Positions 39,824 to 53,396 are shown, counted from the stretch's first letter. The stretch: DNA of 64,000 nt from a bacterium (GCA_965200245.1 CBDATS010000005.1:1-64000), one strand, 5' to 3'. Numbers and translations: made by a program. Notes: a model not told the origin generated them from the letters alone.

Positions 39824-42800
39824 TCACCGCCTCACGCGCTTTCTGGATTGTTTCGCAAGCCGCCTGATGGCGATTCGGGCTTTCCGCTTCAATGCGGGGT
39901 CTTCCACCACTTTGCTCATTTTCCGGTAAATCCGTAAGGCGAGCTTTCGTTTACCCGCTTTTTCACACAATTCACCTGCCCGTCCCAATGCCCGTGCAAC
40001 CCATATTTTCTGATCCGGGTATCGATAGGTCAACTTCAAGTACTCGGCCGCCGCTCCATGACCGTTTTGCTCCGAGGATATTCGTGCGTGCCTGAAGAAC
40101 GCCTTCGCCGCCAGTTGCGGATCACCAAACTCGACCACGAGCCCCAGCGCGCGTCGCGCATCGACATATTTTTTCCGTTTCCTGTACAGTTCAGCCACTA
40201 TGAGGGCGGATTCGCTTCTCAAATCTACTCCCGTGGACTCATCGCGCATGACCGCCGCAAGGTGAGACAGCGCAGTGTCATTCTCGGCCAGCCGGACCAG
40301 ACAACGCCCCAAGGCGAAGCGCCCCAGCATTTCGTAGTCATGACCCGGAAATTTTTCCAGAAACTCCGTAAGCCTCTCCTTCGCCTCTGCGCATCTTCCG
40401 ATCCCGGCAAGCATTTCCCCGACACCCAACAGCCCGTCGGCGCGGAAATTGCCCGCCGGATGTTCAGTCAGCAGGGACTCGTACGCATCGAGGACCCTGT
40501 CGATGTCTTTCCTGCCCCGGTGGATGCCCGCCATACGCAAAAGGGCATGGGCGGCCAGTTCGTTGCCGGGATATCGTGTGATGACATCCTGATAGGCTTT
40601 CAGGGCTTCCGCCGGGTTCCTCTGCGTGAGCAACACTTCGCCGATCTGGAAAGCCAGGGAAATGCTCAGGTTGTTCTCCGGATACTGTTCGATGTAATCC
40701 CGTGCGCCCGACAGGAATTTCGCGTATTCGCGGAGTTGCAGGTGGCTGAGCAAACGGCCGTAGACGGCCTCGGAGAACTTCGGATGAGAAGGATACTGGT
40801 TCATCATGAGACGGTACAGGCGGTTCGCTTCCCTGTAGCGTCCTTCGTTGTAAGACGAGTCGGCCTGTCGCAAATACGCATCGCCCGCCAGGGGGGACCC
40901 TCGATGTGATTCGTGAAATGCAAGCAATTTCTTCCGCGCCAGAGCGTAATCACCCTTTCGGAACGGAATGAGCGCAAGAAGATACTTTACCTCCACCACT
41001 TTCTTGCTTCCGGGGTAGCGCTTCAAGAATGCATGCAGGTTTTTCTCCGCTGCGTCGAAACGACTGCGCCGGAACAGCAACCTCGCCTTCTGGAACAACG
41101 CTTCCCTGGCGACAGCGTTTCCCCTGTATTTTTTCTCTATCCTCTCGAAAATCTGCAGGGCGCCGTCGTAGTTCCTGAGGTTGAAGCGAGCCTCACCCGC
41201 ACGGGCAAGGGCTTCCGCTGCGAGGACGCCGCCCGGTCGGTGCTCGAAAACACGATCGAAAGCGAGCGCGGCTTCTTTCCATTTCTTCTTCCGGTATTGA
41301 ACCCAGGCAAATCCGCCCAAGGCGCTGTAGAATACGGGTGCCTTCCCGGGAACGGCCCGGAAGGCGCGCGCGGCCTCATCGAGTTCCCCCAACTCGAAGG
41401 CGGCCTCTCCGTACCAAAGCATCGCCAGACCGTCCGGGGAAAGCGCAGGTCCCGAACCCGGCAAGGAAGCCCAATGCTTGAGCACGTTCAGGGCACCCCT
41501 GAAATCCCTGAGACGAAATGCGGCGAAAGCCGCTCCCATCGCCGCGGAACGGGCGGCATCCAGTTCCGCGAGCCGCTGTATGGAAACCGGCGGATAATCA
41601 GCCCCCAACCGCAGAATCCCGTAGGCACGCTTCACCTTTCCGAGATGGTATTGAGAAAGACCTTCCACTATTCTTGCGATGCGATAGATTCTGCCAAGCG
41701 GGAACTCATCACTCACCTTCCCTGCCAGAACGGACGCTTCTTTATATGCATTGATACGGAACAACTTCCAGGCCAGTTGCAGGCGCAAGGCGGCGGCGAG
41801 CGTTTTTCGTCGATTGGCACGGGAAAACGTGGCAAGGCGACCCTTCAGCGATTTCAGTCCCTTCCGGGATTTTTTTATTGTCTGGATTTCAGCGGAAATC
41901 AGGCCCGCCTGCACGGAAACGGCGAGAAGATGTTTCGGATGACGTTGCAGGAAACCGGAAAGGGCATTCTTCGCTGCATCGACCCGGCCCAGGAGCAATC
42001 GCGTCCAACCGACGCCGTAGAGCATGTCTGCCTGAAGCGCCTCGTCAGGCTTGCCGATCCCTGGGCCGAGGGCTTCCGCGGCCGCATATCGTTTTTCCGC
42101 TCGGGCGTGCTCTCCCCTCTGGAGATGGATATGTCCAAGCGCCACGAGAGCCTGCAACGCGAGACGCCCTTTTTGATTCACAAGCAACGTCCACGTGGCA
42201 ATCGCCTCGTTCAGTGAACCCGCTTTCGCCTGTGCCCAGCCTTTCAGGAAAATTGCCTCTTCATAGGCAAACGATCCCTTGTCCCACGTCTGCCCTTCCA
42301 GCAGACCGAGGCATCCCTCGTAGTCACGCACTTCGCAACGTTCCTGCGCAAGGGCGTACCTTGCGGCCGCTACGTAACTAAGGCCGTCGGTCAACAACGC
42401 TCTCGATAAATTCTCTCTTCTCTCCCTGGCTTCGGCGTTTCTTCGCAATCCCTCGAGCGTCTCTCCCGCCCAGAACAGAGCCGCCGCGCGCCAGAAGTGA
42501 ATCTTCGTTTTTTTCGCCAATCCATCAAAAAGGGTAAGTGCCTCTACGGGCGAGCCTTTCTGCAGGTAGGCGAGCGCCGTGTTGAAATGCTCACTCTCAT
42601 CGACAAAATCATCCGACACGCTGCCGAAAAATTGCGTCAAATCCAGGTCCGGCTTTTTTTCGGGTGGAATCGGTCGGACAGGCAAGCGAATCAACGGGAT
42701 TTGAGGTTCCGCGAAAACGGACGGCAGACGAACGCCCAACCGCTTCGGTGGCACGGGGCGCACACGAGCAACAATAAGATGCTCGATGCTGGGTGATTCC

Positions 42801-42958
42801 ACCACGACTTCTGGCAAGGAAATCGTTAACTGTCTCCCGCCATCTGCGCTTTGACCTTGCGACCACGCAGAATGTACCACCCCCAGGCAGACACCGCACA
42901 CGACCGCCAGACCAGGCAGGAAACTCCGCCACAAATGATAAGCCGGGAATCGCATCAT
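39824..42958 (-). CDS. large exported tetratricopeptide repeat protein (1044 aa)
   Basis: Signal-peptide-like N-terminus; many YbgF/BamD-type TPRs (A...Y..L...YP). Confidence 0.88.
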   Translation of the reverse strand: MMRFPAYHLWRSFLPGLAVVCGVCLGVVHSAWSQGQSADGGRQLTISLPEVVVESPSIEHLIVARVRPVPPKRLGVRLPSVFAEPQIPLIRLPVRPIPPEKKPDLDLTQFFGSVSDDFVDESEHFNTALAYLQKGSPVEALTLFDGLAKKTKIHFWRAAALFWAGETLEGLRRNAEARERRENLSRALLTDGLSYVAAARYALAQERCEVRDYEGCLGLLEGQTWDKGSFAYEEAIFLKGWAQAKAGSLNEAIATWTLLVNQKGRLALQALVALGHIHLQRGEHARAEKRYAAAEALGPGIGKPDEALQADMLYGVGWTRLLLGRVDAAKNALSGFLQRHPKHLLAVSVQAGLISAEIQTIKKSRKGLKSLKGRLATFSRANRRKTLAAALRLQLAWKLFRINAYKEASVLAGKVSDEFPLGRIYRIARIVEGLSQYHLGKVKRAYGILRLGADYPPVSIQRLAELDAARSAAMGAAFAAFRLRDFRGALNVLKHWASLPGSGPALSPDGLAMLWYGEAAFELGELDEAARAFRAVPGKAPVFYSALGGFAWVQYRKKKWKEAALAFDRVFEHRPGGVLAAEALARAGEARFNLRNYDGALQIFERIEKKYRGNAVAREALFQKARLLFRRSRFDAAEKNLHAFLKRYPGSKKVVEVKYLLALIPFRKGDYALARKKLLAFHESHRGSPLAGDAYLRQADSSYNEGRYREANRLYRLMMNQYPSHPKFSEAVYGRLLSHLQLREYAKFLSGARDYIEQYPENNLSISLAFQIGEVLLTQRNPAEALKAYQDVITRYPGNELAAHALLRMAGIHRGRKDIDRVLDAYESLLTEHPAGNFRADGLLGVGEMLAGIGRCAEAKERLTEFLEKFPGHDYEMLGRFALGRCLVRLAENDTALSHLAAVMRDESTGVDLRSESALIVAELYRKRKKYVDARRALGLVVEFGDPQLAAKAFFRHARISSEQNGHGAAAEYLKLTYRYPDQKIWVARALGRAGELCEKAGKRKLALRIYRKMSKVVEDPALKRKARIAIRRLAKQSRKRVRR

Positions 42959-42965
42959 CCATTCC

Positions 42966-45629
42966 TTATCGAAGCATGGGCTCTTGATTTTTCATTTTCC
43001 ATTCACGCTCTTTGACCGAAGCCAGATAAGACTCGAGTCTTTGAATTCTCAATCTCGCTTTCCTGCCATCCTCATCCATCCGAGGCGATGCCTGCCCGTT
43101 TCCGAGCGCCGCGATGCTGCGGTAATGGACGATGGCCTTTTTCCATTCCTGTCGCGACTCACGGATCGCCGCGGCGCGCCAGGTCGCCGAGCGCACCCAG
43201 TCCTGATGCCCCTTGCCTGCGCGTGTCAGCGACTCGAACAGATCGAGCGCCCTGCTCCTTTCCCCCTCCTCCTCGAGGCGCACGGCGATCTGGAACCGCG
43301 CGGGACCGGATATGTTCACATCGTTCGATTTCGCGGCGATTCGAAAAGCCGCCGTTGCCGCTTCGGGCTTTTCCCTTCGCAGTTCAATCGTGCCAAGCCG
43401 CAGGGCCACCATGGCCGCCCTGTCGTTGCCGGGAAATTTGGCGAGAAATTCCGTATAGGCTCGGGCGGCTTCGTCGTAATCCTCCAGATTCTCGAAAACC
43501 TCTCCCAGCCGCAGCGCCACCTGAGCGTCGTGCGGGGTGAGAGCCAGAACCTGACGCAGCGACCCGGCGAATTCCTTCAAGGCGTCATTTTTCAGAAAAC
43601 ACGACGCGCGAAGGCGGTGCAGGACCAGTTTCTCGGGCTTCGGCATCTCGAATTGCAGCGCCCGGGAGGATGTCTTCACGGCACGGCCACATTCTTTTTG
43701 CTCAAAAAGCACGAGGGACCAAAGCCTGAGCCCCTCTCCCGGTTCGGGCGGAGCGAGCGTATCCCAGGAAGAAAAGGCCGCATCCGCTGCCTTCCAGTCA
43801 CGCGTGCCGAAGGCGTTTCGCGCCAGGAAATACCAGATCGAACGCCTCCGAGATGCACTCACCGCCGCATCTTCCGCAAGCGGCAGCAGATATTTCTGCG
43901 CATTCTGCAGATCGCCCTGCGCACGATAGAGGTTTCCGATTTTCAGGCGCGCCTCGCGCTTCAGTTCTTCGGGAAGAAGAGGCAAGGCGCCCCGGAAGCG
44001 GTTCAAGGCCTCCGTTCTGTTCCCGCGCTTCTCGGCCAACTCGCCGAGACGATACCGGGAGCGAACCGCGAGGTCGGGGCGTCGTTCGCCGGATGCGGCC
44101 AGACGATAATGGACTCCCGCCTCATCGAACTGACTGGCCTTCCATGCACACTCGGCTTTCAGGAAGGCGACTTCAGCCCGCAGGGGCTTCGGTACGTGTT
44201 CTTCGGGAACCGCCTTCACAAGGGCGACGGAACGTATACAATCCTTTTGGGAATTGTGGATGAACGCCGCCCGCAAAACGTCCTGATATACAGACTGCAC
44301 CATCCGGGGTTCGAGCTGTTCCTCCGATTTCCTGAGTTCGTTGAACGAAGCCAGTATCTGCCGATAGCGCGCGAGAAGTTCCTGGATTTTCGGCTTCTGC
44401 TCTTTTTCCAGTGCATCGGCCAGACGCAGGCCGGACATGACTGCCTCGCGCGTATCCGGCGCGCGCCGGATGAGTTCGCGATATTGGTTCATCGCCTCTT
44501 TCCTGAGACCCGCGCCGAGCAGGCAGTCCGCCATGCGGAACCGATACGCAGCAGGCAACGGTGCGCCCTTGCCGACGATGTCGAGAGCGAAAGCGAGATA
44601 TTTCTTGCCCCTTTCCACGCAAAGTCCTGCTTTTTCGACGCTCTGCAGGAAAAAACGGAAGTAGTCGCCGTCCTTGAGTGGATCGCGAATCAATTGCCGG
44701 TAGGCCTGCGCGGCCTTCTCGTTCTCGCCTGCACGCCACCAGGAGGACGCCAGACTCCGCTCTGCCGCCATGCGCTGTGATTTCGAGAGTTCCATTTTCA
44801 GAACGCCCTCGAACGCCGCACCTGCTTCCAGGTATTTCTTCTGCGCGAACAGGCTGACGGCCTGGCCCAACCTCAGGTCCGCCCGGTTCTTCTCCCCGGA
44901 ATTTTTCTGAAACAGGGAGTCGAACGTCTTCTCCGCCGAGCCGAATTTCTTGAGTTCAAGTTGTATTTTCGCAAGACGCAGCCTGAAGGCCTGCGCCCTC
45001 GGGTTGCGCGGGAAACGACGCACGACGAGGTCGTACGCCCTCTCGGCCTCCTTGATCAGGGGAATGCGATCCAGGGCGATGGCCCGCTCGAAAAGTGCAT
45101 CTTCCACGCGGGGATCCTTTGGCGCGGCTTCGATGAATCTGTCGAGTGCTGCGACAGCGCCGTCCCATTCACGCATCGCCAGCCTGAGCGCGGCGACCCT
45201 GTAGAGCGCCTCGATGCGGTAACGACCGAACATGATGGAAGAATAGGCGCGAATTGCCTCCTTGCTGTCCCCGATACGTTCGGCGAGCACCCCGATTCGA
45301 AACTGAACCTCACCGGCCCTTTCGTGACGGGGATGGTTTTTCACGAATGACCAATAGGCCGCGACCGCCTCTTTGAGGCGATTCTCGCGACGCAGCGATT
45401 CTGCGAGCAGATAGCGCACGATCCACGCCATTTCGCTCTTTCCTGCTTCTTTCAGATAGGCTCTGAAAGCATCTACCGCAACCTCATAGAATCCATCGCG
45501 GTAGGTGTTCAGACCGAATTCGAGATGAGACTGCGGGGTTTCCCTGAACTGCGCGCGTGTCAGGGAAATCGGCGCGAGCACGGACCATGCCAGAATAAAC
45601 GCCGCAATAACGAAGAAACTATGCCTCAT
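42966..45629 (-). CDS. large exported tetratricopeptide repeat protein (about 887 aa)
   Basis: Signal-peptide-like N-terminus from MRHSFF; TPR repeats; start overlaps the panC end. Confidence 0.88.
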   Translation of the reverse strand: MRHSFFVIAAFILAWSVLAPISLTRAQFRETPQSHLEFGLNTYRDGFYEVAVDAFRAYLKEAGKSEMAWIVRYLLAESLRRENRLKEAVAAYWSFVKNHPRHERAGEVQFRIGVLAERIGDSKEAIRAYSSIMFGRYRIEALYRVAALRLAMREWDGAVAALDRFIEAAPKDPRVEDALFERAIALDRIPLIKEAERAYDLVVRRFPRNPRAQAFRLRLAKIQLELKKFGSAEKTFDSLFQKNSGEKNRADLRLGQAVSLFAQKKYLEAGAAFEGVLKMELSKSQRMAAERSLASSWWRAGENEKAAQAYRQLIRDPLKDGDYFRFFLQSVEKAGLCVERGKKYLAFALDIVGKGAPLPAAYRFRMADCLLGAGLRKEAMNQYRELIRRAPDTREAVMSGLRLADALEKEQKPKIQELLARYRQILASFNELRKSEEQLEPRMVQSVYQDVLRAAFIHNSQKDCIRSVALVKAVPEEHVPKPLRAEVAFLKAECAWKASQFDEAGVHYRLAASGERRPDLAVRSRYRLGELAEKRGNRTEALNRFRGALPLLPEELKREARLKIGNLYRAQGDLQNAQKYLLPLAEDAAVSASRRRSIWYFLARNAFGTRDWKAADAAFSSWDTLAPPEPGEGLRLWSLVLFEQKECGRAVKTSSRALQFEMPKPEKLVLHRLRASCFLKNDALKEFAGSLRQVLALTPHDAQVALRLGEVFENLEDYDEAARAYTEFLAKFPGNDRAAMVALRLGTIELRREKPEAATAAFRIAAKSNDVNISGPARFQIAVRLEEEGERSRALDLFESLTRAGKGHQDWVRSATWRAAAIRESRQEWKKAIVHYRSIAALGNGQASPRMDEDGRKARLRIQRLESYLASVKEREWKMKNQEPMLR

Positions 45630-46473
45630 CCTCAGGATCCAGTAAGATGTTGTCGATAAGCCTGGTTTTGCCGACATAGGCTGCCACGGCCATCCGGGCG
45701 GTTCCGCTAATCTGTTCTACCCTTTCAAGTGTCGTCGGTTCCACGATTTCCACGTAATCGATCCGGGACCCGGCTTTTTCCAATTCATCCACACAAGCCT
45801 GAATAATGGCTGCGGAAAAACGCTCTCCGGCCGCCACCTTTTTCTTCGCATCGAACAATGCGGCACTGATGGAACAGGCGCGCGAACGCTCCTCGTCCGA
45901 TAAGTAGGCGTTGCGGCTGCTGAGCGCCATACCGCCGTCCTCGCGGACTATCGGGCAGGAAACGATCTCAACGCCCAAATCCAGGTCGCGCGACATCCTG
46001 CGTATCAGGACGAGTTGCTGGTAGTCCTTCTCTCCGAAATAGGCCCGGTGAGGAAGGCAGGCTGTAAACAGCTTTAACACGACGGTGGCGACACCCCGGA
46101 AATGCCCCGGCCGATGCGCTCCGCAAAGGGGCGCACCCAAGCCAGGCACGTCCACCCATGTGTCGAATCCGCCGGGATACATGGCGTCAGTCCTTGGCGC
46201 ATATACGACGGCGACGCCCATCTTCCGGCAGATATCCAGATCCGTTTCGAAAGTCCTTGGGTAGGTGCCGTAATCCTCGCTGGGCGCGAACTGGGCCGGG
46301 TTCACGAAAATGCTCACGACGACAGTTCCACATTCCTCCCTCGCCCGGGCGATGAGGCTTTTGTGCCCCGCATGAAGCGCTCCCATCGTGGGGACCAGAC
46401 CGATTGGCATATCCTCTCGCTTGAGGGTTTCGGCCAGGGCACGCATTTTTTGAGGGGTATCGACGACCTTCAT
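45619..46473 (-). CDS. panC: pantoate--beta-alanine ligase
   Basis: VPTMGALHAGH, SIFVNPAQF, RPGHF.GV, FGEKDYQQ, ALSSRN, RLIDN. Confidence 0.97.
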   Translation of the reverse strand: MKVVDTPQKMRALAETLKREDMPIGLVPTMGALHAGHKSLIARAREECGTVVVSIFVNPAQFAPSEDYGTYPRTFETDLDICRKMGVAVVYAPRTDAMYPGGFDTWVDVPGLGAPLCGAHRPGHFRGVATVVLKLFTACLPHRAYFGEKDYQQLVLIRRMSRDLDLGVEIVSCPIVREDGGMALSSRNAYLSDEERSRACSISAALFDAKKKVAAGERFSAAIIQACVDELEKAGSRIDYVEIVEPTTLERVEQISGTARMAVAAYVGKTRLIDNILLDPEDEA

Positions 46474-46565
46474 CGAAAATCACCGGGGAAACGGGAAAAT
46501 GCGCCGATGCGGGCGGCGTCAGGGTATCTTCTCAAAATTTCAGAGGGAAAAACAAGGCGTTGGCC

Positions 46566-47093
46566 TCATCGGACAAAACAGGCGTCAGGAGATTCCGCTT
46601 GAAACTTCTCGACCCAGAAATCCCCCTCCGGGAGGTTTGTCAGCAGTTCCAGGACGGATTTCTTGATTACGGGATGCACGAAATCCGGCGCGATTTCGGC
46701 CAAGGGAACAAGAACGAAACGCCTCTCGTGAAGCCTTGGATGGGGTGCTTCCAGGTCCTTTCCCCTGATGATTTCTTCGCCATAGAAAAGCATATCCAGG
46801 TCGATCACGCGAGGTCCCCATCGTTCCTTTCTCACACGCCCCATATTCTGTTCGATTTCCAGAAGGAGCGTAAGCAATTCCCGGGGGCCAAGCCTGCATT
46901 CAAGCGAAAAAACAGCGTTGATGAAGGGGGGCTGTTCTACGGGACCCACCGGTTGCGTGCGGTAGAGAGACGAGGCGGTGAGCAATTCTATCCCCGTGCT
47001 TTGGCGCAACGCACCCAAAGCCTGCCCAAGCTGACGAACCGGGTCGCCGAGGTTCGCACCCGCGCCGATGAAAACGCGCGCCTTTTCGCTCAA
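46566..47093 (-). CDS. folK: 2-amino-4-hydroxy-6-hydroxymethyldihydropteridine diphosphokinase
   Basis: [31 protein letters not shown]. Confidence 0.95.
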   Translation of the reverse strand: MSEKARVFIGAGANLGDPVRQLGQALGALRQSTGIELLTASSLYRTQPVGPVEQPPFINAVFSLECRLGPRELLTLLLEIEQNMGRVRKERWGPRVIDLDMLFYGEEIIRGKDLEAPHPRLHERRFVLVPLAEIAPDFVHPVIKKSVLELLTNLPEGDFWVEKFQAESPDACFVR

Positions 47094-48265
47094 AAGCCTG
47101 CCTTCTCGATTCTCTCGAACGCTTCCTTGAGCCTTGCTTCCGAAACCGTCAGGGCGAGGCGAACATACCCTTCGCCCGAAGGCCCGAAACCGTTGCCCGG
47201 CGTTGTGACGACGCCGCAGTTTCTCAGGATATGTGCAGTAAACTCGCTTGAGGTGAAACCTCTGGGGCACCTCACCCAGACGTAGAAGGTGGCCTTGGGC
47301 TTCGCCGCTGTGAGGCCGAGTTTCTCCAGACCTTCCATCACCACGTCGCGCCTGCCCTGGTAGATATCCCTCATTTCGGCCACACAGGCCTGATCCGCAC
47401 CCATTGCCTTGATGCCTGCTTCCTGCACCGCACCGAACACGCCGGAATCTACGTTCGTCTTGATGGCGCCGAGGCCGGCGAGGACATCCGCGTTCCCCAC
47501 AGCACTTGCGATGCGCCAGCCCGTCATGTTGTAGGTCTTGGAACAGGAGTGGAACTCGATGCCGACATCCTTGGCACCCTCTGCGTTCAGGAAACTGATG
47601 GGTTCGTAACCGTCGAAGGCCATCTCGGAATAAGCGTTGTCACTGCACACGATGATGTCATACGTGCGGGCGAACTCGACGAGCGCGTTATAGAAATCCA
47701 CTTCCGCGCAGGCAGAAGTGGGGTTGTTCGGGTAGTTGATGAACATTAGCTTCGTGTTTTTCGCCACGTCCGAGGGAATCGCGCCCAGATCCGGCAGGAA
47801 ATCGTTTTCCGAGACCAGAGGCATGAAGTGCACCTTTCCGTCTGCGAAATAGGTTCCTATCTCGTAGACGGGATAGGCCGGGTCGGGTACGAGCACATGG
47901 TCGCCCGGATCCACGAACGCGAGGGGGATGTGGGCGATCCCCTCTTTCGAGCCGATCAGGGAGATGACCTCGGTGGCCGGATCGAGAGAGACCCCGAATC
48001 GCGACCCGTACCAGTCGGCCACGGCCTTGCGGTAGGAAGGCATGCCTTCATAGGAGGGATACTGGTGATTCGATATCTTGCGCGAGGCCACGTCGAGTTC
48101 TTCAATGATGTGACCGGGCGTCGGCAAATCGGGGTCGCCGATGCCGAGGCTGATGATGTCCATTCCCGAATCAGCGACTTCCTGCTTCATCCGGTCAATT
48201 TCCGCGAAAAGATAGGGAGGCAAACGCTTCAGGCGATGCGCGCGTTCGATGTTGATGGACGCCAT
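47090..48265 (-). CDS. dapL: LL-diaminopimelate aminotransferase
   Basis: [47 protein letters not shown]. Confidence 0.92.
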   Translation of the reverse strand: MASINIERAHRLKRLPPYLFAEIDRMKQEVADSGMDIISLGIGDPDLPTPGHIIEELDVASRKISNHQYPSYEGMPSYRKAVADWYGSRFGVSLDPATEVISLIGSKEGIAHIPLAFVDPGDHVLVPDPAYPVYEIGTYFADGKVHFMPLVSENDFLPDLGAIPSDVAKNTKLMFINYPNNPTSACAEVDFYNALVEFARTYDIIVCSDNAYSEMAFDGYEPISFLNAEGAKDVGIEFHSCSKTYNMTGWRIASAVGNADVLAGLGAIKTNVDSGVFGAVQEAGIKAMGADQACVAEMRDIYQGRRDVVMEGLEKLGLTAAKPKATFYVWVRCPRGFTSSEFTAHILRNCGVVTTPGNGFGPSGEGYVRLALTVSEARLKEAFERIEKAGF

Positions 48266-48753
48266 AAAATTCCTCAAGAATGATGTGGGGCAGAAATTTT
48301 CAAATCCGTTACATGCAATTATTCAATTCTTTACATTGATACCCTGATGTATTTTCTCGCAACATTCTCCACTTCCCGGATTTCATGGTCGGAAACCTAG
48401 CACGGCTAGGCACACACGGCAAGGTTTGGGGGTTGATGGGAGACACTGCCAGATCCAAAACAGGCAGCGATTTTCTGCAGGAACAGGACTGTCAGCCTTG
48501 CCCTTTGATTCCCCATTTTCATTTTGGGAATGCCAGGTCCGGCTGAAACAGGGTTATGTAACCACTGTCCGAATGAAGTCGGTATTCGTTGTTCTTCACA
48601 TTCGGCACTCGCCTTTTCCCAACAACCTTGCCAAATCCCTCTGCACGGATTGTGTTTCCGGCAAAAACAGTGCTAACATCGCCGCGTTCAGAGAGTGTGC
48701 CCGCGAGGCACCGGTCCATTGGCCCTGATACTTTATTGTAGGAGCGCATTTCG

Positions 48754-49707
48754 ATGACCCATGTCATCGCTGAACCATGTATCAACACCAAGGATACTGC
48801 GTGCGTCGACGTTTGCCCGGTCGACTGCATTCATGAAGCGGCGGACGGCTCCAGCCCGATGCTCTATATCGACCCGGTCGAGTGCATCGACTGCGCGGCC
48901 TGCGTGCCCGCATGTCCGGTGGACGCCATTTTCGCGGAAGGCGACCTGCCCTCCCAATGGGCAAAATACACCCAGATAAACGCGGATTTCTTCGCGGGAG
49001 GCGGTGCAGTGGCACCTGCGGCAACAGGCGGCGGGGCGGCACCTGCGAAGAAAAAGGAACCCGAGCCTGAACCGATGCCCGAGCCCCTGGAACTCACGGT
49101 TCAGGAGATGTACAAGGAACTCTCCGAGATCAGGGAAGATGTGGCCACCAACCGGGGCAAGGAAGAAGAAGGAAAATCGACGAAACGCTCCCCCACCCTC
49201 GTGTTACTGGCCGCGGCGGTCATATTGCTCATGGTCTACGGCATCTCGAACAATTTTTCAAAATCCGTGAACATGACCCTCTACGGAAAGCTGGGCAACT
49301 TCGCACTCGGAGATAAGAAACCTACGCTATCCGGCAGCGTCTACTCGGTCAACCAGATAATCGAAGGCAGGAAATACACTCTTGAGGTGTCCGATTCGAT
49401 ATTCGGCGGCAGGACCTTAAGGCTCCAGGCACCGGCCCAGCCGTTCCAGAAAATTTACCACGATGGCGAGAAATTCTTCTCGAACATGGCTAACCAGTAC
49501 AGCCGCTACTACTATATGTACGTGGACGACAAGAGCGACGGCTCGGTCGATTCCGTCCTCCAGGTTCGGGAACTGTGGAGCAAGGAGAATCGCTTCCTGG
49601 GCCGTTACCACAACCCGGTCACACCGAACGCCGAACTGCAGAAATCCTATCAGGAAGCGGCAAAAACGCTCGCCAGACAAATCGGCATCGTCGAATCCGG
49701 CGCCTAG
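48754..49707 (+). CDS. 7Fe (FdxA-type) ferredoxin fused to a TM helix and a C-terminal domain of unknown function
   Basis: C-x7-CVDVCPVDCI...CIDCAACVPACP; G/A/P linker; TM LVLLAAAVILLMVYGI. Confidence 0.85.
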   Translation: MTHVIAEPCINTKDTACVDVCPVDCIHEAADGSSPMLYIDPVECIDCAACVPACPVDAIFAEGDLPSQWAKYTQINADFFAGGGAVAPAATGGGAAPAKKKEPEPEPMPEPLELTVQEMYKELSEIREDVATNRGKEEEGKSTKRSPTLVLLAAAVILLMVYGISNNFSKSVNMTLYGKLGNFALGDKKPTLSGSVYSVNQIIEGRKYTLEVSDSIFGGRTLRLQAPAQPFQKIYHDGEKFFSNMANQYSRYYYMYVDDKSDGSVDSVLQVRELWSKENRFLGRYHNPVTPNAELQKSYQEAAKTLARQIGIVESGA

Positions 49708-50023
49708 GGCGGCTCTGGAAAAAACCGACCATTCGGGAACATCAAACCTGGCAGACATACTAGAACTCCCCTCTTCCTCGGGGGAAGTTCAGCAGTCTTG
49801 GGGAAACCTGAAAATTCTGGTGAGGGTTCTTGCACGAACAGACCGTAATCTGTCCCCATAACAACCATGGGGTACAGCGGCAACGAAGGGCACTACAGAC
49901 ACAGAATAAACCGGCCACAGGAGGCCGTCCTGTTACGTCCTTGTTTTCCAATCGGTATCGACACCCACCACATCGTGTGAAACTCTACTGTGCGAGGCCA
50001 CTGGTGAATTTGGTGAGGTGTGA

Positions 50024-50057
50024 CTCCGGGCCCGCGCACAGGGCGCGAGCCCGGGAG
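50024..50057. terminator. GC-rich hairpin downstream of katG
   Basis: ccgggcccgcgc/gcgcgagcccgg stem; no clear U tract. Confidence 0.4.
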
Positions 50058-50085
50058 CCAGTGAAAATTTCTCAGTTCCCCTTCC

Positions 50086-52305
<2,220 letters not shown>

Positions 52306-52691
52306 TTACGGATAACCCCATTCCGGGACGGCTCTCATGTGCGCTTCACCCGACGCCCCCCGGAAAACACCGGGCGATTCTGAGTAACAAAGGAGAGGGG
52401 TGGTGTCAATCCACGCCCGGTGGAAACTCGGTACTCATACATTGGCCACAGTTTGTTTCCCCCATGGCAAAGGCCAAAAAGCGTGGCGGAATATACCCGC
52501 GAGCGGTCCGTTCGGGTCGGCCCAAGCCATACTTCCTCGGTCGGCGATACTTACCACATCGGTCGGAATCGCTTCCCGGTCTGGTTTAAGCTGCAAAATC
52601 CAATCTAATTACTTCCCGTGCCATTCCTGAAGGTTCACAATATATACATCTGTTCCAGGAGTACCGACGCCAGGGCGGAATGCGGAGCGGC

Positions 52692-53396
52692 TCAGAACGC
52701 GCGCATCGTCGTTTCCCCGTACCAATCAGCGATGGCGGCCAGAACCCTCCGTCTTTTCTCCCCGTTCGTCCCGAAGGGTGCTCGCGAGACTTCCAGTTGC
52801 ACCCAGGGCATCTCTTCGGCATGGCTGCGCGTGATGTAGCCGCCCCGAAATGGGGGATTGATGGTCACGTCCCCCTCGAAATGTCGCCGGAATGCGCCTT
52901 GGAGGGATACGATCCACTTCTCGGGACACGTACCCTCTCCATTGCTCAGGCACACCCACGGGCGTTCTTGTCCTGGGTCCGGCCCCACGGGCGGACCGAA
53001 AGCGGCCATCGTATGGCAATCAACGGCGAGAAGGAATTCACCGCTTTCCCCCAGTTCGGTAAGACGGCTATGGTAAGGGAAATAGTATGATTCGAGCATC
53101 GAATCGATTACTGCCGGAGGCGGAAAGGGATCGTAGACGGGAACGTCCCAGCAGGTATGGGTTTTCACGACACCGTCTTTTCGCCGATCGGTCGGCTCCC
53201 GGTTCTGGTCGATTATCGCCCGTGCGATCTCCGTCGACACATAAGCCTCGAATTCATCCCGGAGGTCGAATATCTCGGCGGCACCGACATCCCCGTCTTT
53301 GGCCACCTGGGCAGGCGTGAGGCGACAATAGGGTTCGGCTTCCGGCGGAACGATGAGGCCTGCATGCGGCACGGATACGAGCAGAGGAAGACTCAC
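52692..53396 (-). CDS. N-formylglutamate amidohydrolase family protein
   Basis: SVPHAG, D.NR, YFPYH, DCHTM, N.PF.GGYIT, QLE. Confidence 0.92.
   Translation of the reverse strand: MSLPLLVSVPHAGLIVPPEAEPYCRLTPAQVAKDGDVGAAEIFDLRDEFEAYVSTEIARAIIDQNREPTDRRKDGVVKTHTCWDVPVYDPFPPPAVIDSMLESYYFPYHSRLTELGESGEFLLAVDCHTMAAFGPPVGPDPGQERPWVCLSNGEGTCPEKWIVSLQGAFRRHFEGDVTINPPFRGGYITRSHAEEMPWVQLEVSRAPFGTNGEKRRRVLAAIADWYGETTMRAF

Noticed and set aside
48280-48750. Riboswitch or ncRNA in the dapL/ferredoxin intergenic region
   Set aside because: No recognisable lysine, cobalamin or other aptamer consensus by eye; needs an Infernal scan
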